Shown: in pieces, positions 13,501 to 25,500 of the stretch | How the letters are laid out: the number at the start of each line of letters is the position of its first letter | How positions within the stretch are numbered: position 1 is the stretch's first letter | Assembly: GCF_902459465.1 (NCBI RefSeq) | Contig: NC_047063.1 | Coordinates: forward strand, 18,414,001 to 18,478,000 | DNA length: 64,000 bases | Source of the DNA: Asterias rubens | Taxonomy: Eukaryota | Direction of reading: 5' to 3' | Made by a program: the position numbers and the translations under genes | The notes under the pieces: model-generated | What the model saw: the letters and a program-made list of their open reading frames with translations, nothing else | Told to the model about the DNA's origin: nothing | The model's database searches: none

Positions 13501-16500
13501 CACTTTCACCAATCAATTATGATACAAAAATTCTTAATAATGGCATGTAAAAGCAAATCCCATCCATTTGACTCACCTTGTAAGATTTAATTGATGAGTA
13601 GCCATCCTGCGTCCTCTGGTAGTCATAGCGAGAGAATGATCCCTTCAGCTTGGCCCCGGAGTGGTAGACGTCGTAGGTCTCTTCCACTGCGATGTTCCCC
13701 CAGTGAGACACCTCTATGAGACGGGTCATGCTGGTCACAACCAGGAACTGGTTGTTGTTCTCGTAGTGGACTCGAATTTTCTCCTGCCGAGACAAAACAA
13801 GCAAAAGATTCAGAACATTCCAAGGTCAAATTTGGGGAGTTTTTTTTTCGAAAGGGTTTGGGTAACGACATAAAATATAAAGGTCCACAGATTCACATTA
13901 AATTTACACATTTTGAAGGTATGATGGTAGAAAGCTTCTCTTAAAATATTACTTGTTGAGTTGCTGTGCTTTTTTAGAAACGAGTACAACAATTTCACAC
14001 CAAAAATACAACGGATTTACGCGGCTCTCCTGAAAATGTCGCTCTGTGATTTTCACCCTTTTTTCCCTCAAAAACTTGACAACTAATGACACTGAAAATT
14101 TACAATTTCCTCATAGAGTTCACTTTTCCAAGGAAAAATACCTTGGTGCCATTGCCCTTTCAAAAACAAAGCATACAGGCCTGCTACTAATAATAACATG
14201 GCACTGTGTTGATTGATAACACACACATACAATAATAATATTCAAACTCACCACAGCCAGTGCCTCCACATTTTCATAAGGCCCATAGGTGATGACAGCA
14301 TCGTTCAGGGTGACTGGGTTCACCTTGCTGTAGAACTCCAGCGTAGATGAGGCCAACTTGACCTCAGTGGTCTGAGACTCGGTCAGGTAGGGTGTGTAGA
14401 AGTAGGCGCTACCGGTGTACTCCATAAACTGCTTCTCACTCTGCTGGATCTGGGCGGGGTAGGCGCGGAGGGCTTTGGTGAAGACGGTGTCCACGACAAC
14501 TTCAACGGAGTCTCCAGCTGCTAGGCTCTTATCAAGGCTGACCCTGAAGAATGTGCCATCACTAGAAAAGAGTATTTAGAATATTACACATGATTTATAC
14601 CTGTTACATGCTGAAAACATACGACTAACCCTCCAACTGATACACCAAAATTTATACATAGACAACATTTATACAGACAAAATTTGCCAAATTTTTGCCA
14701 AATTTTAACACACAGTTTGTTGTAGCTCTTTAGGTCGGAGAGCTAAGATTATAGCAGCTGGCCTTTTGTGGTTGAAAAGACACATTGTCACCACTGAACT
14801 TTTCAGTGGTGACAATGTGTCTTTTTAACCACAGAAGGCCAGGTTGGTAGTATAGTCTTGCCTTCCATCTCTGGGACCTTGGTTCGAATCCAACCAGGGG
14901 GCACTATGTGGATTGGGTTTAAAATCCCTACTTGACTGCATGAGTTTTCCCTGGAATAATTCTCTGGGGTTTACTCCCACATCTAAAACTGAAATTCCCT
15001 CATTGTCTTCTCTCTTCTCCTTTGGCTCTTAATCTTATATTATAAGAAAATAAATATCCAAATCCAAAAAGGTCCCTTTCACCACATTCTGAACCTTACC
15101 TGTATCCAGCGACGTCAGCCTTAGCTACTTTCAATACCTTCTTTTCATCACCGTCTGGTTTGACCTGAAATCAAAACAATTATTAGGTAAAAGAAATTGT
15201 AGAATTAGTAAATCTCATTTGTTTAAACTGGTTGTTTAACATTTTGCCAGCTTTCTGTATTATCTTAGGTCTATCTAGATTCCTTAAATTATTTTACTGT
15301 TTAATACTTTTGCTTTGTATAAATTTTGTCTGGTCCTGACTTTTATTGTTGTTCTTTTCCAGCACCTTGAGGCGGATTCTTTCTGCTATTGTTTTTTGTT
15401 CTAAATAAATGTCTCTTTATTATTATTAATATTATTATTGCTGTGATCCAGTTTTGTAATTGCGATAGTGATAACAGGTAACCTCTGACCTTTATAAAGA
15501 TCCATGGTTAATAGCACAATCCACCATAGATTTCTCACTCCCCGTCGAATGTCTTTGTTGGGTGCTATCGGTCAATCTGCGCGATCAACCGATCGCGCTG
15601 TGCTATCGAGCGATCGCGCTGCGCTATTGAAATATCTATTGGTCGCGCAGCAATCGGTCGATCGCGCAACAATCGGTCGATCACGCAACAATCGGTCGAT
15701 GGCGCAATATTCGGCAACGAACATGCGCAATCAACCGATTGTGCGGGAATGACTCGGCGCGATCGGCCGATTGTGCAGGAAAGGTTTTGCGCGATCGGCC
15801 GATTGTGCAGGAATGGTTGTGCGCGATCGGCCGATTGTGCAGGAATTGTTAGGCGCGATCGGCCGATTGTGCAGGAATGGTTTTGCGCGATCGGCCGATT
15901 GTGCAGGAATTGTTTGGCGCGATCGGCTGATGTTCAGGGGCCGAACTCACAAGATGTAAGATTGATCATAACTGCAAATCAATCGTAGTTGCTAACAAAA
16001 GTGTGACGTCACAATATAAATCACTATGGTGGTATGGTTTACCTGCACGATCGGTCGAACGCGCGAAACCATTCCTGCACGATCGGTCGATCGCGCAAAC
16101 CCATTCCTGCACGACCGGTAGATCGCGCAAAATTTTCCTGCACGATCGGTTGATCGCGCAAAACTTTTCCTGCACTATCGGTCGATCGCTCAAACCCATT
16201 CCTGCACGATCGGTAGATCGCGCAAAATTTTCCTGCACGATCGGTTGATCGCGCAAAACTTTTCCTGCACTATCGGTCGATCGCTCAAACCCATTCCTGC
16301 ACGATCGGTAGATCGCGCAAAGCCTTTCCTGCGCAATCGGGAAAAAAATAATCGGGATACTCGTAGCGCGATCAGTCAATCGCGCAAAGATGTTCATTGC
16401 GCGATCGACCGATTGTTGCGCGATCGACCGATTGTTGCGCGATCGACCGATTGCTGCGCGACCAATATTGATCTTAATTCATTTTTTAATAGCGCAGCGC

Positions 16501-17622
16501 GATCGGTTGATCGCGCAGATTGACCGATCGCGCCCAACATCTTCATATGTAAATTTTTGGGACAGACTTGTATATGGTGGATGTTTTTTAATGCCAGAAA
16601 AAATAAAAAAATACTTTGGATATATTAATTCTTATCTTGGGAAAAGTTTCTCTAGTAGTAGGCTTCTTCGGTCCTACTAAAAGCCGACAACAAGTCAAGA
16701 GCGTTGTCAGCTTGTTGTCGGCTTTTAGTGTTCTACAGTTACCTCCATGATCTAATTTACCTCAATGAGGTATCCCTTTTTGTAAAAATTAGTAAGAAAG
16801 TGGTAGCACCATACGGAATGTTATCAAATATTTATGGCACACCTTAACATGATTAATCTACAACTAAATAAACTGGAAAAAAGAAAAATGAGTACAACAA
16901 AATCTTACTTAACTTTGTTTGTATTCTACGTCATTAATCGAAGATAAGAATGTTCACAATGGAAAGTTGAAAATTAAACCGACATAACTAAAGACTTGGC
17001 TATAAAATAACTATACATTTTGTGGTTTATAAACAATAAAGGAGGGTAAAATCTTGGTTGCCCCTCCCACCCTCACACAGAACAGGGCAAGGGCAGCTGC
17101 AAGATTAAATTAGACTTTTTTGGCAAAGGTAAAAAAGCAGTACTACATGGTAATATATCACACATATAATTGGAAGGAATTGATACATGGTTCATAGTTA
17201 AAATTCTTCCCTGTAATTGTATTACATAAATTTTATTTGTTAGACTCGGTTCGGATAACAAAATTGTAAACAAAAACAGTGAACAAACAAAAACACTGAC
17301 CAAATTAAAACAGAAACAATAACGCATACATTTTATACAATACACAAGTTGTCCTAAAAATACAAGGCAAACCTACCCCACCAATAAATGACAGAAAAGC
17401 AGCTTTCTTTGGCTCCACGGCAACAAGGAAACTTTTTACGGCTGAAGAACCATCGTTTCTCAGCGTTATTGCAGAGTTGACTTTTACAAGTTGGGAAACC
17501 AAATCGACTGTTCTTTCTACATTTACATTCACCAAATCAGCGTTGATTCTCTCTTGCTTTACAGCAAAAACGCTGGCAATAATGCCCAGCATTAAAAGAG
17601 GCAAAATTACGGCGATTTTCAT
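6484..17622 (-). CDS. RPN1: Ribophorin I, oligosaccharyltransferase subunit 1 (603 aa, 11 exons)
   Basis: Exons 17377-17622, 15100-15164, 14252-14561, 13577-13783, 12454-12646, 11365-11464, 10272-10410, 9559-9678, 7734-7869, 7093-7202, 6484-6669 total 1812 nt with all phases consistent. The protein has a signal peptide, the motifs [37 protein letters not shown] and [11 protein letters not shown], and one TM helix ([27 protein letters not shown]). Confidence 0.98.
8416..8803. mobile_element. TTAA-flanked MITE family A (TIR AGRCASTGGACACTATTGGTAATT); copies also at 4121-4421, 10711-11035, about 30840-31490 (composite), about 40012-40280 (partial), 46991-47333, about 54470-54610 (partial), 60731-61169
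   Basis: Terminal inverted repeats flanked by TTAA, with a shared internal sequence across at least 7 copies. AG termini plus TTAA are Kolobok-like rather than piggyBac-like. Confidence 0.85.
9224..9558. repeat. 20-bp minisatellite (CTTAATGGTGACACGCCCTT, about 16 units) abutting an RPN1 5' splice site
   Basis: Tandem units read directly in 9224-9558. Confidence 0.95.
10544..10572. repeat. (GATT)n microsatellite
   Basis: About 7 tandem ATTG units. Confidence 0.9.
14845..15015 (+). mobile_element. tRNA-derived SINE fragment; related pieces at about 19940-20010 and 35065-35170
   Basis: B-box-like GGTTCGAATCC followed by a shared body (TTTTCCCTGGAATAATTCTCTGGGGTTT...CCCACATCTAAAACTGAAA). Confidence 0.7.
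15556..16539. mobile_element. 984-bp foldback element with TGT...ACA ends, 4-bp TSD and arms built from about 32-bp CGATCG-rich tandem units (in RPN1 intron 1)
   Basis: TGTTGGGTGCTATCGGTCAATCTGCGCGATCAACCGATCGCGCTG at the left end is mirrored at the right end. TCTT lies at 15552-15555 and 16540-16543. A unique spacer spans about 15931-16040. Confidence 0.88.
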
Positions 17623-18029
17623 TGTTGATTGGGTGATGGATGGTACAGGATTAAGAGGATAGAAAAACCATCCGAAACTACCGATCCCTACACGGATCTC
17701 AAAAAGGATGCAGACGCCGAATTTTAACCCAACAACTTAAAAAAGTCTGGATGTCGCTCCATGCATTAACGAATGAAAAAAGACGAGTCGGTGCATAGAC
17801 CATTTACATTCGCCAGGCACCGGCAGCCACGTAGACGGTGTACATGTGTCAAAAGTGGAGAAATCACTTCCGGGTCATTTGAGTTTATCAACTCTTTTGA
17901 CCTGCGGTATTGACCTCACTGTCTGTGGTTTCCGGTTAGATGGTGAACCCGAATGGCGCGCTAGCTGTGTGAAGTTTCTTGTTCAGAGCAGTGCAGTTTA
18001 GCCGGCTGAAACAAAGTTTTATCAAAGAG
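17623..18029. promoter_or_regulatory. Bidirectional promoter between RPN1 (-) and IPO9 (+), including a probable non-coding IPO9 exon 1 ending at 18029
   Basis: CpG-richer segment between divergent genes. ETS motif ACTTCCGG at 17866-17873, CCACGT at 17827-17832, and donor GAG|GTAAAT at 18029/18030 that pairs with the acceptor at 19492. Confidence 0.7.
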
Positions 18030-19533
18030 GTAAATGTAGAGTTGTGCTTCACATTGTTTATACATAATAAGATCTGAGTGTAGTTCGTTATATTAGTTTG
18101 TAAATATGTTCTTGTTTTCTAAAAACTAATCAGCAACAACTTTATTGAGCATCGATCGAGTCTCCTCTGCATGCCTGGCTCTGGAGTGTTCGGCGCTGTC
18201 TGTGTCTGCTGGCTGTGATTATCATGTGCGCCATATATTGAGTCTAAGTCGAGCTACGAATATAAAATATATAAACTGATTGTGAGATCATGGAGGTATG
18301 CTGAGATACACTGCTCACGGTGACGGTGACGGTGTCATGACCAGATGACTGCATCAGTGTCTGTGTCAATGTCACTGTCACTGAGTCAGTCATCAGTGTC
18401 ACTGTCACCAGGTCACTGACTACAGTACAGTATTTAAGTAAAGTAAAACAGTAAAAACAACCATAATTTTTCCTCCACGCTGACAGTGCTTTGCCTGACT
18501 GATGTATCGTTAATCTGAATTAAATATCTTCTGTTCTGCTCGTCATAATAAAATGTCAGTGGAACACGTATTGCATCTAAACTACTAGACTACAGAATTG
18601 CCCAACTGCTTGGCCCTGTCCTGCCCCCAACATCATAAATAGGTCGCTCCAAACAAGCTTGTCCGCTCAGTCTTTTTAGTTGTATTGCCCCAAACTTTAA
18701 AATAGAATGCAAGTTGTTCTGGAAATTGCTAGCCAGCCTAACTGCCAGTTTAGTCTATTCATTGACAAACGCATGCCTTTTTCTTAAAGAAACATTAAGC
18801 TTGCAGGTAGAATTATACATTATTATTAAACTCTTTTGTTTGTTTAGATGATCTTCCCGCCAAGGGAACTCGGAGCAAGAGGTGTTGACTCTAACTGGGA
18901 AGAGGCAGTGTGGTTTTGAAGTTTAGAACAGTACACTCCGCTCGTTTTCAGGAGACATGCAGACTTTACTGTTTGAGAAATGTAGAGAACAACTGGCTCT
19001 TCTTACTTAGACTTGGAGCCAACACTTCCACCCAAAAAGTTTTATAAATGCATACCAACTATATAGTTTTTTTATTTAGGCTTATAACTCCTATGGTTGG
19101 GAGGGGAGGGGGATGGGGTCAAGCATAATGACCGAGGAAATGCCTAATGAGATGAGTTTGTTACTTTTTAAATTAATTTTTTTAACTTAACATTCACAAG
19201 AAAGATTCCCTAAAAGTAATATAAGCCAGTAGAGCCTAAAGCCTCATCAGGAATATGCAAAGACTTGCAAAGGGCGGACGTGGGTTCGAATTCCACCCGA
19301 GTTTTATACCTGTGGTTCTTTTCACAGAGCTGGGGAAAGTACTGATTGTAGATTTGTACAGTGTTACACACAACGTCGTATATATATGGGTGAAACCAAA
19401 ATTATTTTTTATCCCCAATGCAAATTTCCACCTATTAAAAAGAGGAGTATGGTTGATAATTGATTGTATTTTTATTTTATTTTTTATTTCAGGAGAATCT
19501 TATTATTTCAGCGTAATTTCACGGCAGAGTAGG

Positions 19534-22500
19534 ATGGCTGGCTTCAACGGAGGCGATGTGAGTCGCTCGCTGCGAGACGCTCTCTATGACAGCTTGACAG
19601 CAATTCTTTCACCTCAACAAGATGTTCGGAATCTAGGAGAGGAGCAGCTGAAGGTCCTCGAGGTCACAGAAGGTGAGGGTCAGATCAGTGCCCAATTTCA
19701 TCGAGCTGCTTTTAAAAGCAGAAAATATTGCTTTACAATTGTCTGCTTACCAGAAATGAGCAGATTACCAGTCACAAATTGTACATGTGGCATGGTGGTT
19801 TAGCTGGTAACCTTATTCTGGTAAGCATAACTTTGTTGTGCTTAGCTACTTTTTGTGCTTAAGCAGCTCTATGACCTTGGGCATAGGTCAAAACTCAACT
19901 CATTTGGGGGTATTAATCCACGGTTAGCCAATCTCTGGGATCAGGTTTTCTCAGTGGTTTCTTTCCAGCTGCCTTTACCTCTGGTGGACTCGGGTTCAAA
20001 TCCCACCTTGGCCTAATTCATTAATAAAATATGAAGTAGAAAAAAACCTCATTCATTTTCATGGCCTTTTATTAAACAAGAACCTTTTTTCCCTGATTTT
20101 AAAATTGTGTAAAACCTAAGACTGACTGAATTGTATTCATGGAAATCATTTGAATTGTGGCCTTTTCTCCTTCAGAGTTTGGAGTACATCTGGCTCAGCT
20201 GACACTTGATCCTAACGGTGCTTTGGCAATCAGACAGGTAGGTGATTTTCATCTTTCTATTCCTACTCTTTTTATGTATGAGAAGTCCACCACCTATGTT
20301 CCTGAAGGGTAGGGTAAAAAGAATTGTAAAATACTCATAAAATGAATGACCAAAAACTTACTGAGAAGCACTGCAGCTGTCGATAGTATAAAATAGTATA
20401 AAATATGTTGAGACACGTTTCCCTTCAAAGTAGTATGGTTTGGATACTTTTCATCCCAAAACGATTTAAACTGAGAAAGATTCATGCATGGATTGTTTCT
20501 CAGATTTCATTGGGTTTGTGTCTGTTCGCGTATGCAGCTGCCACATGGCGCAGTTGGTACTTGCTGTCACATCGCTAATTGTCTTGTGAAAATGCTGTTA
20601 CAGTTTTCTCAGCAAGTACACAGACACTGTATTCGGATCACCCTGTATTCAGCTGAAACTTTAAAGGAACACGTTGCCTTGGATCGGTCGAGTTGGTCTT
20701 TGAAAAGCGTCCTGTAACCATTTGTTATAAAATTGATATGGTTAGAAAGATGTTGTAAAAGTAGAATACAATGATCTACACAAATATGCCTCGAAATTGC
20801 GTGGTTTTCTTTTTACCTCGTCGACTAACCCGGTCGACCATTTATGGGAGTCAATTTTTTGACTCCCATAAATGGCCGACCGTTATAGTTCGCGACGTAA
20901 AATGAAAACCGTGCAATTTTGAGTGATACTTGTGTGGATCATTATATTCTACTTTTAAAACATATTTCTAACCATGTGCATTTTATAACAAACGGTTTCA
21001 AACGATTTTTATAAACCAACTCATCCAATCCAAGGCAACGTGTTCCTTTAACATCTGACTTTTATAATACTACCTCTAAATAGTAGGCATTATGTTGACA
21101 AGAACCAATGATCTTAACGTGACAAAGGTACTCTATTTAACATGCAGACTTTCTTGTTCTTTTGTACAGCTTGCGTCACTTATTTTGAAGCAGTATGTTG
21201 AAGCCCATTGGAACAAAGAATCGGAAAAGTTTAACCCGCCAGTTACCACAGATGAGGTAATCATTGACAGTTATGTCATGACACTTATGTCTTACATTTT
21301 TTCATTTTTTTTTTTTTTACGTCTTTAATTTTTTAAAAACTCTGATCATCACCCAGCTCTGCTTTCCATGGAGGTCCTCAGTACAAAAATACACAATCAA
21401 ATTTGTTAAACTCTCCTCATTTTGTTACAAGAAAAAACATACAAAGATTCTTTGTATGTTTAACTTCAAACATAAGTAACAGGGGGAACAGAAGGAAAAC
21501 ACACGAAGCTGAAACCTCATCTCATTTTACTCTGAACAGTTTAAGTGCATTCAATAATGATTGAAGCTTTTCATGGTGTGGAAAATGAGAAGGTGATATC
21601 TAGTTAACTTGCGGGTACAACCATGTGTGAATCTTTTTTGGCAGGCGTGTGGCTCTGGAAAAACACCACTGTGGTCTTGGCTTTTCAGACAGTATACTCA
21701 GGAGAAAATGTTGACTTTAGCCCCTGTAGTTAGCATTTTGAAAAGACAGGGTATCTTTTTTGTAAAATGTACAGACAGAAGTGTAATTGTTTCCGTGAAA
21801 CATGTCAAACATTATATGTAGGCCAAGACAGAAATCCGCAAGATGCTACCAGTGGGACTGCGTGAGTCAATCAGTAAGGTTCGCTCTAGTGTGGCGTACG
21901 CCATCTCTGCTATTGCATCATGGGATTGGCCAGAGTCGTGGCCGGAGCTTCTGACGGAGCTGATGGACTTGATCACCAGTGGAAACGGTGACGCCGTCCA
22001 TGGTGCAATGAGAGTACTTACAGGTAGGACTAAAACAAGTCTAATGTTGTAGAGCTGCTGCGGCAGGAAAGTATGCTCTTAAATTTTGTGTTCTAAGCAA
22101 AAACTAGCAGGGACCCAGTGAAAATGTGTATACGTTACATGCTGTTTTGGCTGGTAATTTGTTAGTGTGCAACCATCTTTTTATGTGTAAGCGATGTTCG
22201 CGTGTGTGTAATGTGGGTGTGGAAGTTCGATAATTGCTTTGTAAAACGCATGCGCAGTAGACTGTTTGCGACAGTCTGCATTGCATTCGTATTGTCCCTG
22301 TGCGTGACTGATGCCCATACCCTGTGCGTAAATACTTGGCTTGCCCTTTGGCAAGTACCAAACATAGCACCTAGGACAGGATGGTAAATGGAACAGTGAG
22401 AATTCGGCTCTCGATCATGAAAATATGTATGAGTTAAAGTAATACAAGATGTTAGTGAACTAGGAGAGTGGCACTGGAAAATTGTTTAATCTAAACTTCC

Positions 22501-25500
22501 TTTTGGTGCATTTTTTATCTTTGAAGAATTCACAAGAGAGGTAACCGATGTTCAGATGCCACACGTAGCCCCCGTCATTCTCCCAGAAATGTATCGCATC
22601 TTTGTCCAGGCCGACATGTACAGTATACGGACCAGAGGCAGAGCGGTTGAGATCTTTAATGAATGCGCTAATATTATCTACAACATCATGAGCATCAGTG
22701 ATGCAACAAAGGTGATTAGTACGTTGACGATGTTTATTTTTTAGGGTGGGGTGTCATGTCATGAGTGGAGCATCGAATTCAAGTTCTGGTGATTAAGTCA
22801 TCGGAGTGTGGGTTCGAATCCCGGTCATGGCACTTGTGTAATTGAGCACGATGCGTTACTATTATTGCAATCAGAATGTGTAATTATGAAAACAGTTTTT
22901 AAATGTTTCTTCTGTTTTAGGATGCTGCCAAATCTCTCCTGTTTCCAGTTCTACCAAAGTTTACAGAAGCGTTTGCTCATGCACTAAATGTTCCTTATGG
23001 AGCAACATCCGACTGCGGACTCAAAATGGAAGTCATCAAGGTATGGACAAAATCTTAAAGAATTTTCCCCATCTTGTAAATATCTTTGCTCGGGGATGAA
23101 AGTTGGAAGCCATACAGGGGTGATCAACCTGTGACTGCTGCTATATACGCAGCTCTAAATATCATGCATGACGTCATAATAAAAAATTTTACCATCTTAC
23201 CAAAAATTAGGCTGTAGGCCCGCTGAGCAAGGAACCTATTTCATCGGAAGACCATTTTTCTAATCTTGCTATAGAGAAAATGAATTCAGATTTCATTTGA
23301 TTCACTTCTTCCTGTTTTATTTGTTTATCTTTTGGTCCATGCAGGCTCTGACGACACTGATTAAGTTCTTCCCAAGTTACATGAGTAAATGGATGGGTCA
23401 GATCTTACCTACCATATGGACAATGTTAACGGAGTGTGCAACCATCTATGTAGCGACATGTGTGAATGATTCAGAAGAGATCGATAATCCAGTGGACTCC
23501 GATGGTATGTTGTGTTGACACCTAAATGTACCCAAAAACCTGAATGTAGCCCCAACCCAGCACCTTAATATACCTAGATAACTGTATGTAGCCCAGGATC
23601 TGAGTTTAGCCCCGAGTCAGCACCTAAATGTACACAAAAACCTGAATGAAGCGCAGGATCTGAGTTAGCCCTAACCCAGCACCTAAATATACCCAGATAT
23701 GACTGAATGTAGCCTGGGATTTAAGTTTAGTTTTAGTCATGCAACACCTAAATATACCTAGATACCTGAATGTAGCCTGGGATCTGAGTTTAGTTCGAGT
23801 CATGCAGCACCTAAATATACCTAGATACCTGAATGTAGCCTGGGATTTGAGTTTAGCTCCATGTCAGCACCTTAATATACCTAGATACCTGAATGTAGCC
23901 TGGGATCTGAGTTAGCCTCAACCCAGCACCTAAATATACCTAGATACCTGAATGTAGCCTGGGATCTGAGTTTAGCTCCATGTCAGCACCTAAATATACC
24001 TAGATGACTGAATGTAGCCTGGGATCTGAGTTTAGCTCCATGTCAGCACCTAAATATACCTACATGTAGATACCTGAATGTAGCCTGGGATCTGAGTTTA
24101 GCTCCATGTCAGCACCTAAATATACCTAGATACCTGAATGTAGCCTGGGATCTGAGTTAGCCCCAACCCAGCACCTTAATATACCTAGATGACTGAATGT
24201 ACATGTAGCCTGGGATTTGAGTTTAGTTCGAGTCATGCAGCACCTAAATATACCTAGATACCTGAATGTAGCTTGGGATTTGAGTTTAGCTCCATGTCAG
24301 CACCTAAATGGACCCATATACCTGTAGCTCGAGATCTGAATGTAGCCCGGTATCTGAGTTTAGCCCCAATCTAGCACCTAAATGTATCCCAAATGTAAGC
24401 TTCAACCCAGCACCTAAATATACCCAGATGCCTAAATGTAGCTCAGGATCTGAGTGTAGCCCCAACTCAGCACCTAAAACGTACCCAGATACCTAAATGT
24501 TGTTTGGGTTTGAGTGAAGCCCAAACAACCCAGTTGGTAAATGAAGCCCAAATCTAAATATAGCACCAAGTCTTTACCTACAAATGTAGCCCAAACACAG
24601 TACCTAAATGTAGCTACCAAAATGAGGCCCAAACCTCTTTGTTGCTCAAAACCAGGGATGGATTTCATAAAGAGCCTAGGAGATACTAAAAAAGGCATGG
24701 CTAGTCCTAAGTTTGGACGAGCAACTCATCCTAAGTCGAGATAAGACAAGTTTTAACTCTTTGTGGAATCCACCCCTGTACCTACAAATGCAGCTACAAC
24801 CCGGTACCTAGGTTAAGCTTAGGATCCAAATGTAGCCTCATCAAATAGGGCCCTGTTGTGTCCAGCCGAAGTGACCTGATGTCATGTTTCTTGTTGTTTT
24901 TGTTACAGGGGAGGTATTGGGCTTTGAGAATCTGGTCTTCAAAATCTTTGAGTTTGTCACAGCTATGATCGAGACGTCTAAATTCCGAAGTTTGGTGAAG
25001 AAGAACAGTAGCCTGTTGATGTATTACTTGGTGATGTACATGGAGATTACGGAAGAGCAGGTTTGACCATTAACCATGAAGCATGTTGGCCAGAGCACTA
25101 GGTCATGCTGCGTTTTAAAGCCATTGGACACTTTCGGTAAACAGTATTGTCCAAGGCCCACACTTCGTGTATCACAACTTATATATAAAATAACAAACCT
25201 GTGAAAATTTATTCTCAATCAGTCATCGGAGTCGGGAGAAAATAACGGGAAAACCCACCCTTGTTTCCGCACGTTTTGCCGTGTCATGACATGTGTTTGA
25301 AATAAATCCGTAATTCTCGTATCGAGAACGTAATTCTCGTATCGAGAATTGATATTGTTTTAATGTTTTTTCAAAAAACTAAAGCAATTTATGGAATAAT
25401 ATTACAGAGAAGTCTTTCACCATTACCTTCAGTAAACCCTGTAAATTATTTGTAAATCTGTGAACTTTTAATTTTTTTTCTGTACCGAAAGTGTCCAATG

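Noticed and set aside
15504-16680. Cluster of overlapping ORFs with repeated [15 protein letters not shown] peptides
   Set aside because: These are translations of the foldback element's tandem units in RPN1 intron 1. They are open in several frames on both strands and show no domain signal.
19255-19533. In-frame upstream extension of IPO9 in the ORF track
   Set aside because: It spans a SINE fragment and a polypyrimidine tract/acceptor (19492). Homology starts at the ATG at 19534.
23518-24640. CRISPR-like appearance of the regular repeats (also 9224-9558 and 56630-56852)
   Set aside because: The units are contiguous with no unique spacers, there are no cas genes, and the context is eukaryotic intron.
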